A stretch of DNA of 62,886 bases, counting the filler, from Asterionella formosa (lineage: Eukaryota): NCBI GenBank assembly GCA_002256025.1. It is 9 parts of 9 records of this genome, joined end to end, with 100 filler letters (N's around TTAATTAATTAA, not from the genome) between each part and the next. Parts side by side here need not be neighbours in the genome. Positions count along the whole stretch, not along the records: positions 1 to 25,603 come from NKIB01001925.1; positions 25,704 to 27,263 come from NKIB01001934.1; positions 27,364 to 28,922 come from NKIB01001935.1; positions 29,023 to 54,591 come from NKIB01001936.1; 5 more parts are not named here. One strand, 5' to 3'. Every line of letters begins with the position of its first letter. Position 1 is the stretch's first letter. A program made the translations under genes and the position numbers. Positions 22,442 to 33,631 of the stretch are shown here, one piece after another. The notes below the pieces were generated by a model that had not been told where the DNA came from, did no database searches, and saw only the letters and a program-made list of their open reading frames with translations.

Positions 22442-23515
22442 ATGAATCGTCGTCAGGGACGAACGCGCTCGTTTCTACATGCCGATAGCAATGAGTCGGA
22501 CAATGAGATTGCTCATCGAATAATGTGGAATCAACATTCTAGAAAGCGGAGCGCCATGCAATATCGCATTATTGCTGCAGCTGAGTGCGAAGAAATGGCC
22601 CAGCGAATGGGAGATGCTCTCCCTGATAGGTTCAGCTACCATCCTACAAAATGGGGAAAGTTCCCCGATGGAACTGACAACATTGAGATTGGAGGCTTCT
22701 CGCCATACAATTTGCTTTCTGGTGAACACGTTTTGTTCCTCGCCTCCTTTCACAACAACGAAGTCACACTCTCTCAGTTTCAAGTCATTATCTGTTTGCT
22801 TCAATCTTTTATCGAATCCCTCACTGTGGTCCTTCCCTACTACCCTGTCGGCACCATGGAACGCGTAACTAAGGAAGGCACAGTGGCCACAGCTGCAACG
22901 TATGCTCACATGTTTTCGTCCCTACCCTCTTGTGGCCGGCCCACAAGACTCATGGTATACGACCTACACACCCTGCAAAACAGATTTTACTTGCACGGCA
23001 ACGCCGTCGCCTCTCTACAAACTGCCATTCCCCTTCTCAAAGTTCGCATCCACCAGCTCAAGATTAACTGTGTCGCATTTCCTGACGATGGCGCCGCCAA
23101 GAGGTTTGCGGCGCTCTTCCAAGATATGGACTTGGAGATAATAGTTTGCGGCAAAACCAGGGGAGTGGACGACGAGCGAAACGTGGTGATTCAAGATGGA
23201 AATGCGCAAGGAAGGAACATTGTCATTGTTGACGACTTGGTCCAGACGGGTGCGACGTTGTTTGAGTGTGGTAAAACCCTCAAGGAAGCTGGCGCCTTGT
23301 CTGTGAATGCGTTCGTGACTCATGCGGTTTTTCCATCTGAATCTTGGAGACGGTTTGCTACTGGAGGTGACAGGGCGTGTTTTGATAGGTTTTGGGTCAC
23401 GAATAGCATGCCTAGTGTGACCAAATGTTTGCCTGTGGAAGAGGATGGTGTCTTCGAGGTGTTGGACTTGATGGATCTGATCATTGACGACTTGGATCAT
23501 TATTCAAGTGCGTAA
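22442..23515 (+). CDS. Ribose-phosphate pyrophosphokinase, class II (plant PRS3/PRS4-like)
   Basis: WGKFPDG, HVLFLASF, LTVVLPYYPVGTMERV, YDLHTLQNRFY, AFPDDGAAKRF, VIVDDLVQTGATL (PRPP loop), VTHAVFP, FWVTNS. Confidence 0.93.
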   Translation: MNRRQGRTRSFLHADSNESDNEIAHRIMWNQHSRKRSAMQYRIIAAAECEEMAQRMGDALPDRFSYHPTKWGKFPDGTDNIEIGGFSPYNLLSGEHVLFLASFHNNEVTLSQFQVIICLLQSFIESLTVVLPYYPVGTMERVTKEGTVATAATYAHMFSSLPSCGRPTRLMVYDLHTLQNRFYLHGNAVASLQTAIPLLKVRIHQLKINCVAFPDDGAAKRFAALFQDMDLEIIVCGKTRGVDDERNVVIQDGNAQGRNIVIVDDLVQTGATLFECGKTLKEAGALSVNAFVTHAVFPSESWRRFATGGDRACFDRFWVTNSMPSVTKCLPVEEDGVFEVLDLMDLIIDDLDHYSSA

Positions 23516-23563
23516 GAAGTTGGAATATCTCGTTTCACTTTTGACTATAAAATATATGTACTG

Positions 23564-24175
23564 TTATTCGTCCCGCCTCCTCTTCCTCTTGTCCTTTTTG
23601 CTTGATTGACTTTTACTCGAGACTTCGCTCAGCGTAGATGCTTGTTTGACAATCTTTTCTTCCTTCTTTTTGTCCTTTGAATTCTTCTTTTCAACTTGTG
23701 TTCCTAATTCGTCGTTCGCTACCGATCCTTGGTCAGCACTGATCGAACTTTCTTGGTTGCCAAGTAATTGCTTGGCTTGCTTCTTTGCTCTCCTTTTTTC
23801 TTCCAACTTGGCAGCCTTCTTGGCAGCCAATTTTTCTTCTTTTTTCTTTGCCTTTTTCTCGGCCTTTTTCTCCTCCTTTCGTCGTCGCTTCGTTGCAGGC
23901 GAATCGTCATCGTCATCAGTGGTAATTTGAGGAATAGTTGTGTCATCAAAGTTTCGCTTAATCATCCGACCATCACCATGAAGATTTTTCTTTGATGGAT
24001 CGTAACTTCCCTCTTTCACAAAGTTGGCATAAAGTGCATTGGCTGGAAGACCATCCTTGCGTTCTTCGATAACGGCGTTTGTTGCCCAAGAATATTGAGA
24101 GGAAACACCAAGGCCCTGTTGCTTCCCCAGTTTGGTCAAGGTGTCATGAAGGGCAATGAGTTTAGATTCTTCCAT
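23564..24175 (-). CDS. Lys-rich hypothetical protein, possibly nuclear/nucleolar
   Basis: 203-aa ATG-initiated ORF with a K/E-rich helical tract and basic NLS-like clusters; convergent with PRS. Confidence 0.7.
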   Translation of the reverse strand: MEESKLIALHDTLTKLGKQQGLGVSSQYSWATNAVIEERKDGLPANALYANFVKEGSYDPSKKNLHGDGRMIKRNFDDTTIPQITTDDDDDSPATKRRRKEEKKAEKKAKKKEEKLAAKKAAKLEEKRRAKKQAKQLLGNQESSISADQGSVANDELGTQVEKKNSKDKKKEEKIVKQASTLSEVSSKSQSSKKDKRKRRRDE

Positions 24176-25254
24176 GTTGTCAAGCTATGTATCTTTGATT
24201 TGGGTAGAGTATTCAAAGAAGTATCATGTAAACGGATCAGTAAACAGGGATGAAATGGAATAAAGAATGAGAGCAAGACCTAAGAGATTTTTTGGGTCTC
24301 GGTTATAGATTATTTTATTTGTTAGCTTGAACGAGAGTGATGCTGGTGTGATATGATATTTTGCTTGGTGGTTGTTTGACCTCGTCTGCCCGTAGCATGG
24401 TACAGTACCGGTATTGTTATTTTCATTCCCTATATTATTTGAAATCATATACCGGGTAACCCTGTTCCGGTAGTGGTACCTGCACCGGGTAGTCGAAAGT
24501 CAATTTGAGTCCCTCAAGACAACGTTGAGTACCGGTATGATAGCATGTATAATGAGCGTTTTGTACGACCTCATGGTACCAGGTACCAGTACCATGGTAC
24601 AATGGTATACCTGGTACCAGGGTGCGGTACTGGTAATATTTTTTTCAGTTAATGCCACATATCGAAACGTGAGGTGTGTGTTGAGTGAACCATGACGAGC
24701 GAGCATGATGGGTCATCGTAGCGATTGCTGTTGTTGTAGCTGGTGGTGGTGCTAGGATACATGAACATTGTTCTGGGATACCAATATGGATAGAATGACA
24801 GAACGGAGGATGGGCGTTACACCTAAACTCTCCTCATCCTCATGGGGCGAAAGGGAAGGTGGAAGCTGTGACTGAAAGGGAGCATTGACTTCAGAACCAA
24901 GGGGATCAATGGCCTTTGCCACTCGTCAACTTGGAGCAAGCGTAACGGCGTCTGTTGAGGCGCAACAACATGTTGGGGTCACACTGGGGGGTCTGATCGA
25001 AACAATGGCCTGTTCATGATGGGACTTAACAAGGGGCGCTTGTGTCGCACGTACAGTTGTTTTCGAGTCGCTGCCTTGAATGTTCCCCAACACAGCTGCC
25101 ATGAAATTGTCGTTTGTAATTTACAGGAATTCCTACCAACTGCGGACCTTTATTCAGGCGCATCCTCGTATATGTACCCAAAGTGTCATCATCTCATGAT
25201 TGCTCGCTCCTTATTCTTGTTCACAGGTAACATCCCAAACATTCAAGCAATATC

Positions 25255-25473
25255 ATGTCTGAAAAGGAGGGTTTTAATGAGGTCTTGATCGAACCTCTCA
25301 AGCAATTTGCCAAGGACTCGATTCATTTGGTCAAAAAGTGCACCAAACCTGATCGCAAGGAATTCACTCAAATTGCCAAGGCTACCGGCATTGGGTTCCT
25401 CATCATGGGATTCATTGGATTCTTTGTCAAGCTTGTGCACATTCCAATCAATAACATTCTGGTTGGAAACTAG
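25255..25473 (+). CDS. SEC61G: Sec61 translocon gamma subunit
   Basis: [25 protein letters not shown]...[29 protein letters not shown]. Confidence 0.97.
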   Translation: MSEKEGFNEVLIEPLKQFAKDSIHLVKKCTKPDRKEFTQIAKATGIGFLIMGFIGFFVKLVHIPINNILVGN

Positions 25474-25603
25474 ACAAGTATCATGTAGACGTGCAAGACT
25501 TTTATATACATTCAACAACCTAGTTTACTGTTTCACTCAAAACGCAATAACAACTTGAGTCAGCTTGGGAATGTGCTGTCGTAGCGTCACTCCTGCCATT
25601 TGA

Positions 25604-25703
25604 NNNNNNNNNNNNNNNNNNNNNNNNNNNNNNNNNNNNNNNNNNNNTTAATTAATTAANNNNNNNNNNNNNNNNNNNNNNNNNNNNNNNNNNNNNNNNN
25701 NNN
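25604..25703. other. Artificial contig linker; also at 27264, 28923, 54592, 56251, 57910, 59569 and 61228
   Basis: Eight identical 100-bp blocks of 44 N + TTAATTAATTAA (stops in all six frames) + 44 N. Confidence 0.98.
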
Positions 25704-25981
25704 AAATTTTATATTCAAATTCTGGTTTCGATTACCCTATTGTTCACTCTAAAGCTTTTTCCTGCCACAATATTATTTGTCCGTTGCATCATCTACCCAT
25801 TTATTATTCATTGTTTTCATTTTTTAAACCTTAAATAATAATGCGTTTGCCTTTTAACTCAAATATTATTTCAGTATTTGTGTCAATAATCTTACTTTCA
25901 TTCGTTTTGATGATGGTTTGATATAGATTTATATAGGGATTATTTACGTTCGTCACTAATTAGTGTTCTGCTTACATCAGG

Positions 25982-27263
25982 CTACTGGTTTGGTATTACT
26001 ACTATGACAGATGTCAGCCAGCAAAAGAGAATTTTTTGCTTGATTGCTTGTTTGCTTCTCCACCTTTGCCTCCACCTTGCTCCGCTTCCGCTTCCGCTTC
26101 CGCTTCCGTTTCCGTTTCCGTTTCCGTTTCCGTTTCCGTTTCCGTTTCCGCTTCCGCTTCCACTTCCGCTTCCGCTTCCGCTTCCGCCTCGTGGTGCAGT
26201 TGTAGACTCTAGCAGTCTGAGTTTTGCAACATTTGACTTCTCAAATGATTCCAATGCACTTGCAAGATTTTGAGAAGATGATGTAGGTTTTTGCGTCAAG
26301 ATTGCATGTCTTCCCTTCTTTCTAACACTGAAATTGCTTGAAGATTTTGATTTTGATGACAATGTGGTGGCAGTATCGTCAATGTCTATACTCTCACGGA
26401 AGGCATATTTTGGTAACAGTGGTAAAGCAAAATTCAATAGATGTGGAACTTGACACAACCAAAGATGGTAGTAAAATAGGAAATGATGTGACCCAACAAA
26501 TTTGACAAAATCATCATGATTGCCTGATTGTTTGTTTTTTCGATAGGCAACTTGATAATGATGATTAATGTATCCGATTACCAATGAAAAGTCTTTGGAA
26601 GTGAGGACATCATATTTTTTTGCGTAGTCAGCATCAATTCCAACTTGGTCCCAGTATTCATCTTCGGGAAATGCTAGAATGATGCAGTCGTCATCCTCAT
26701 CATCATTATATGTGACAACAAGTCGATCAAAAATGAACTTGTGTCGAAATCTTCTTGCATCAAGTTCAGCCAGAGTTGGTGGCTGACCTAGACGAAAAAC
26801 ATCACTGCGATGCTTGTTGCACATGTAGACATTAATGACACGGAAGTATGTGTGGATGCAGGTCACAGCATCTGGAGGGGTTGACTTTGCCTGTGCCTTA
26901 TTCTTTTTCGCCTTTTTTACAGGAGGGTTCACTTCCTCTTGTTCAAACTGAGGATCGACCAAAGACTCATGTGGCTGCACTGCTGTTGCCTCTTGAACTT
27001 TGTCGTTCCTTTCATCATTATCATCTTCGCAATCTTCATCGACTTTGAATTCCTCATCATTAATTGATGAATCTTCGTGATTATCATTATCACTATCCAA
27101 TTCAATGTCTGATTCATTGACATTGAAAGATCTAGGGTATATCCTCTGTGACAAGCTGTCTCTCTTCAAAAGTCGAGCAATCAAAGCAACAGTGAAAGCC
27201 TTCTTCGCATTTTTGTATCCAGAAACTTTGTATCTGACGCAAATTTTTCGGAGAACCTTGACC
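25982..27263 (-). CDS. 5'-truncated hypothetical protein, possibly a transposon-associated DNA-binding companion ORF
   Basis: Frame is open from the contig edge (VKVLRKICVRYKVSGYKNAKK...) to 25982. Contains an acidic tract, a globular region (FRVINVY...FVKFVGSHHFLFYYHLWL) and a GS/GN run. Confidence 0.5.
26082..26187. repeat. Hexamer microsatellite (CTTCCG/TTTCCG)n
   Basis: About 17 hexamer units, encoding (GS)n(GN)n(GS)n on the minus strand. Confidence 0.95.
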
Positions 27264-27919
27264 NNNNNNNNNNNNNNNNNNNNNNNNNNNNNNNNNNNNN
27301 NNNNNNNTTAATTAATTAANNNNNNNNNNNNNNNNNNNNNNNNNNNNNNNNNNNNNNNNNNNNTTAGTCCTAAACAAGTTCAGAAGTAACAAATGGAGTA
27401 AAAAATGATTAAAACGCTTGGTTGAGCTAGGCTTGGAAAAGTGATGATTTGAGCCCTGTATGTAATTGTGAACCTTTCTAGTAGTCTTCTAGCTTCATGT
27501 GCAAGACATCAAAATTATAAACCATTAGTTTCTTTATGTCTGGCAGGTTTTATGATGACTTTGAGACAAAGTCTATATTACTCATGAGTTAATGGTTACT
27601 AGAGCACAAGTTCTACTTTCTTACTAGTAGTACAGGTGACCGTCTAACCATAAGAAAATCACTGTATGATACCCTAGTAACTACATCAAGATCAGACATT
27701 GTATCAAATGTTCTGAAGTTGTTATGTCCTGTCTTTGTAAAACATGTCTATAACTGATGAATCATATATCTGGGTTAGTTTACATAGCAGCACTATCCTC
27801 CCTATATGTCAGATACATTCTTGAGCTACTAGCTAAGATTCTACCTTAGTAGAGCTCGTGGAATTGTCAACATTTGATATGAAAGTTGAAGCTACTTAAA
27901 TGTCTTATGTATACTTAGA

Positions 27920-28780
27920 AATGATTGCCAAAATAAGATCACAGATGACAATTTTTAGCTTTTTTGATCTGACTTTTAACATGAATATATCTTACTACTA
28001 AAAAATTACAGATCATACTTTGGTTAGAAACGATTGCCAATAAATAAGATCACAGATAACAATTTTTAGCTGTTTTGATCTTACTTTCAACATGAATATA
28101 TCTTACTACTAATCATACTTTCTGGTTAGATATGATTGCCAATAAATAAGATCACAAACAACTACTTTTAGCTCGTTTGATCTTACTTTTATCCTAAGTA
28201 CGAGGTGACAATAGATATCAATGTCACCTTGTTTGTACGAGAACAACGTGTTCTTGCGTCCCCTCCATCATCAATAGACAATACCAATGTCGTCACCTTG
28301 TTGTCTGTACAAGAATGTGTTGTAGCCTGAGTACGAGGTGACAATAGATACCAATGTCACCTTGTTTGTACGAGAAAGTGTTATTGCGTCCCCTTCATCA
28401 CCAACAGATACCAGGTACCAATGCCAAATTGTTGTACGACTACGTGATATTGCGTACCCTCAATCACCTTTAGATACTGGTATACCAAAGTCACTCCCTA
28501 ACCCTATTCCTATCATGGGCATGATTAAAATTCAAATCAATTGTACACGTAGTACGTTTACATACAAATATCTGTGCAACATACCGGTATATAGGTGTCA
28601 CTATGATGGACATGATTTGAATTCAAATCAATCGTATGCATACTGGTACGTACGTTTACATGCAAAAATATGTGTGCTACATATATACCGGTAGGTATCC
28701 CGATGATGGGCATGATTAAAATTCAAATCAATCATGTACATACGTTTACATACAAAAATATCTGTGCAACATATTGGTGC
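27920..28780. repeat. Three sets of degenerate tandem repeats
   Basis: GATTGCCAA...AATAAGATCACA x3 (about 27923, 28033, 28134); GTACGAGGTGACAATAGATA x2 (about 28198, 28332); ATGG(G/A)CATGATT...AATTCAAATCAAT x3 (about 28515, 28606, 28706). Confidence 0.75.
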
Positions 28781-29711
28781 TACCAGTACCAGGGTATAGA
28801 TGATACAATAGACAGTAGTACCTGGTACCAGTACTCACACACAAGTAGACTCGAACATGCATATTCATATATGAGTATATCTATCATGTCTTCTAAACTA
28901 TTGACCAAGACTGCTGTGTTCCNNNNNNNNNNNNNNNNNNNNNNNNNNNNNNNNNNNNNNNNNNNNTTAATTAATTAANNNNNNNNNNNNNNNNNNNNNN
29001 NNNNNNNNNNNNNNNNNNNNNNTACTAGTGCCTACGAGGACAAAAAGAATTATAGCACGTTACTTTGTCTATGACAAGAAAATTATTGGGTGTTTGGTTC
29101 CACCTCGAGAAAAATGTACAGGGGGGTCCAGCAACCATAGGGGGGGTCCAGGACAATGAAGTATACGTATGTATTTAAATTTTATGGTCAGAATATCGGT
29201 ATACTTAGTAGCTGCATATGGATTCGAAAGATTTGCTTCTCTGTGTTCATATATGTATATTGAAATATCATTTGTTATTTGATACATATGGAGAGTATCC
29301 GGCAGTCGTTTCAGTTGGAGCAGCCTCGCTCAATATACATAAATGCTGACAGGTCGTACAATCAAGGAGTGATAATAGTTTACATACATACCCGAATATA
29401 TATTCAATATGTAATTTTACAGTATATGCATCAAAATGGAAAGAATGTGACAACAAGCACCAGGTACCTGTTACAGGTACCAGGTACCAAGCTCCATTTG
29501 ACATACCCGGTACTGGTATTTACATTTCACAGGTAGTTGATGTTTGTTTCTCGGAAGCAAAATTTACCTCGGCCTGATCTCCTACTTGGCATTTTGTCCA
29601 AAGCCGCAAGGCATTTCCGCTCTCTTCTGCCTGTGAGCCATTGAGATTACTGAAGTTTTGAGCTATCAAGTTGACTGCGACTTTGGTCAAGTCGCCGGCG
29701 ACTGACGAGTC

Positions 29712-31207
29712 ATGAAGGCAACTGCTGTTTTGCATCCCGCTTATCCCCTCTATCTTTTCGTCGTCTTGACTGCTCTGTCGAAAGCGTCATCCCAAGACGA
29801 ACCTCTGCCCTTTCCTGAAGCCATCGAAACAAAGGCTCATGAGGTTGTGCTCATGTCATGGCTCGCTCGTATCATCGGCGGAACGCCCGTTCAAGCAGGC
29901 GTTTACCCCTTCTTCGTTCGCCTGGACCGTAACGGACAAAACGTATGCGGAGGCACGCTGATAGCCCCCGATTTAGTGCTCACTGCAGCTCACTGTGAGG
30001 CACCAGGCTTGTCGGTAGTCTTCGGAGGAACCTCTGCTTCCACCGTTCCCGACGGTCCTGGATCTCCACGAGCGATTGTTAGGACCTTTCCTCATCCAGA
30101 CTTTAGTAAGATCACGTTTCACAATGATTATATGATTATGAAGCTAGCTGAGCCCGTTAACGGGGTGAAGCTGGCGCAATTGAGACTTGAAGATGATGTA
30201 CCAATCCAGGAAGGCGATAACTTTACTGTAATCGGTCTTGGTTATACGTCAGTCGATGGGGATCTCCCTTCTTCTCTGCTCCAGGCCGAAGTTATCGACA
30301 TTTCAACGGAGACATGCGCTGAAGATTATGCGACACTACTAGCGATCGATGGTATTGAAGTTATCATTGATCGAAACCTTCAGTTCTGCGCCGGTTCAAC
30401 CGACGGGGGAAGAGATTCTTGCACTGGTGACTCAGGTATGTTCTTAGTTTTAGCGATTCATGTGTGTGTGTGCGTGTGCATAAAATCCACTTCGGCTCTA
30501 TACATAATAACCTTGTTTCAAAAGGCGGTCCCATTTTTGATAAGAATGAAACGCAAGTCGGTATAGTAAGTTTTGGCTTCTCTTGCGGTGATGCTAACTT
30601 CCCCGGTGTCTACTCCAAGCTTTCTGGGGCAGGAGAATGGATACGACAAACCATGTGCAGCATGACTGATTTCCCGACTGAAGAATGCACCAAACAAAAC
30701 AAAGTGCCTACAAGTAGTCCGACCTTGTATTCAACCGTCGGAGAAGCAAGTGCCTCAAGTGTTGATACGACACCTCCTCCTGATGGACTGCCAAACCCCG
30801 CTCCTCGGCCACTACCGGTAGTCAATTCCTCACTATGCATTGATTTTGATGGTCAAACTTTTGTTGTTGATGGGATCGATCAAGAGATTTCTTGTCAGTG
30901 GCTTCGAGACAGACCAATAGATCGACAGAGTATTTGTGAACGGAACACCATTGCGTATCTCGTGTGTACACAAACCTGTGTCGGGTGTGAAGCAGGGAGC
31001 ACGTTAGCGGGTAGGAGCTCACTCTCAAGAACTCATGATATAAATACTGATACTGCGAACTGGAATGAATTCGAGGTGGGAGACAATGCTGAAGTTGATG
31101 TAGACTCTGATCCCAACAGCTATATTCGATCAGGAAGGGCAAGGGAAAACATTCACCATAAAGAACGGCGACACTACCTTCATGGAGGTAGGCCAGATGA
31201 CGAATGA
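29712..31207 (+). CDS. Secreted trypsin-like (S1) serine protease with Cys-rich C-terminal module; exons 29712-30435 and 30525-31207
   Basis: Signal peptide, R-IIGG activation site, CGGTLIAP...LTAAHC, HNDYMIM. GDS|GGP is split by an 89-nt GT-AG intron; then GIVSFGFSCG...FPGVYS, a Pro/Thr linker and C...CQWL...C...CTQTCVGC. Confidence 0.93.
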
Positions 31208-32116
31208 GGCTGGGGCGGGGGTCTTTGTCTTTTATCGCTTAAGCATTTGATCACCACCACTCGGATGCGTGTGATGTTAGCGCTTGAACCACTCCTTCAA
31301 CAACAGAGTCCTTGTAGGCCCATCAGAAGCCTCGCATAATGAGGTTGTGTACATTCTAGTACCAAGCTCTTCGCCTTGTAGAGCCGCCAATGGTATGAAC
31401 AGGAGCGGAATGGATTAGACCTTGGTATTTCTTTAATATAATTTGAGTCTTGGAATGAGCAGGTTTGATTGCATGCATCTATTTGTCGAGCAGCTGCCAC
31501 TCTACTCATTGACGTAGCTTGTAGCACCTGTTTGTGGAACGAGATGTTAGGAATTCCGTTGGAACAGTGATGCTAGTCTCCTTCCCCCATTACATGGTTC
31601 TATAGCCACTACTTCTTTGTCCAGGCATGTCATTTGTGAAGATTATGACTTTGATGAAATGAGGAAGAAATTTCATACGTTTTATGTCGTTATCCAGCTG
31701 AATGTTTTCATCATCTGTAACTGTATCACTGTGGCTAGATGCCAGGACTACCGGTATATACACCGGTACCTGGTACCAGGTACCAACCAGGTAGTGTCTA
31801 TTGTCTATGTATCCATTCTCATGTACCCCTGGTACCAGGTAGGATCTACGGACCCTTTTTGCTTTTGGATGGAAATCTGTACCACCACCAGGAATTACTG
31901 GTACCTGGTACCTGGTACCAGCACTAGGTACCTTCGTACAATCATCAACTTGTAGATGGTTTTACGTACGGTAAATGGTACCAGGTATACAAAAAAGGTA
32001 CGTACCGGGTACCCATTTCAGTTCGTGATTGACATTTTGCTTATAAAACTCTCGGCGTTCACAAATTTCCAATCACTCCATTGTCTCGTCACTATAGTGC
32101 TGTACTCCTTTTGACT

Positions 32117-32983
32117 ATGGTATCTTGCCCAGACTGTCGCATTTACACCATATTTCTCATTCGCCACGGCGAAGCGTCACATAACATCTTGGAAAGGGCA
32201 GCTCGGAAGAAGGTCAAGGATGAAGCGATTTCTGAAGGATTGGATGAAGAGTCAGAGGAAGTCAGGATCAGAATGGAAAACGCAAGACAGTCTGTTTTGG
32301 ACGACAGCACCTTGTTTGATGCTCCACTCAGTGAGGTGGGAAAGGAAGAAGCGCTAAGGGCTTGTGAAAAAATCAAGGAAATCGTATTAACGGAAAGGCT
32401 GACTTTCCCTACTGAAGTACTTGTGTCACCATTGACACGAGCCCTTCAGTCTGCCGACTTGATATTCCCTGAACACAAAAATATCAGAGTACGAGAGCTT
32501 CTTCGAGAAAGAAAGAGTGGTAAGGCGTGTGATGACCGACCCCCAAGCCACGAGTTGGCTCGATCGTTTTCTCGTTTCAGCATGAATCAGCTTCGAATTG
32601 AATCGATGGCCAAGCTAGATTTGCCCCATTTCGAAGAACTTTTTGGATTCATGATGAAAAATCCAATTAATAAAAGCGGAAGCGATTTTTATGGGGAGGA
32701 TGCGAATATCGAAGATATTCAAGGTGACACCCTTGACGAAGGCGACAAAGAAGAGGACCTTATGATGCTAAGAGATCGAACCAAGAAATTGTTCGATTTG
32801 TTGGCAGCATCAGAACACGAATTCGTAGGGGTTGTGTCCCATAAGGGATATCTTAGAGAGCTAGAAAGAAGCACATTTCGTCAGAGTAATGTAAAAGAGT
32901 TCGAGAATTGTCAAATCAAAGTTTACAAGGTAAGATTCACACAAAGCAACAAGGTGGTAGAGGTCATTAAGCAGATCGTTTGA
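32117..32983 (+). CDS. Histidine phosphatase (phosphoglycerate-mutase-like) family protein
   Basis: FLIRHGEASHN, DAPLSEVG, VSPLTRALQSA, VVSHKGYLR, EFENCQ. Confidence 0.9.
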   Translation: MVSCPDCRIYTIFLIRHGEASHNILERAARKKVKDEAISEGLDEESEEVRIRMENARQSVLDDSTLFDAPLSEVGKEEALRACEKIKEIVLTERLTFPTEVLVSPLTRALQSADLIFPEHKNIRVRELLRERKSGKACDDRPPSHELARSFSRFSMNQLRIESMAKLDLPHFEELFGFMMKNPINKSGSDFYGEDANIEDIQGDTLDEGDKEEDLMMLRDRTKKLFDLLAASEHEFVGVVSHKGYLRELERSTFRQSNVKEFENCQIKVYKVRFTQSNKVVEVIKQIV

Positions 32984-33631
32984 AAGGTTTGTTTTGAAGA
33001 TCTTGGTTTATTCGTCTTTGAACGGTACCTTCTGCGATACGATCAGCAGATGCATTGATTGTCACTGTCATTTGAAATGAAACAAATACTGCTGGGTCTC
33101 AGTCAATGCATCCATGATTAGCAATTGAGTTTGAAAGTAACTCCATTCAGGACTGAAGACTATTCGCTAAATGCAAGGTCCGCAACAGCGACCCAACCAC
33201 TGAATATACACTGCACATGTCGAACCCTAGCGTGGCATCAATTATTTGACTAGACGAAATGTTCCTTAAGTACACATTAACCACATTGGTCAAAGCGCAT
33301 TTATTTCTGTTTATGCTCTCGAATAACCTTGAATATGGGTTTATTAACTTGACTCGATATGGGAGGGGAATGCGCTTGCAAACAATCGCGTATGCAAAAT
33401 GGAAAACTCGTACAGGCTAAAATGCGAAGGTTCAACTCCTAAGAAGTCGCCTATCAACTCAATAAATCGAGGCATTTCACAACACTGTGCTTCAAACTCG
33501 CATTCCAATCCAACGAGAATATAGGTGCTAGGTTTACTTTCTCATCATCCTTGCGTGTGACAGAAAGATAGTATCAAGGACCAGCAGGATCGTAATGTTA
33601 GTGACGCAGGGTACATGTTTATTCTGGTTGA

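Noticed and set aside
25648..25659. TTAATTAATTAA as a biological motif
   Set aside because: It always sits centred in N runs; it is an artificial six-frame stop linker.
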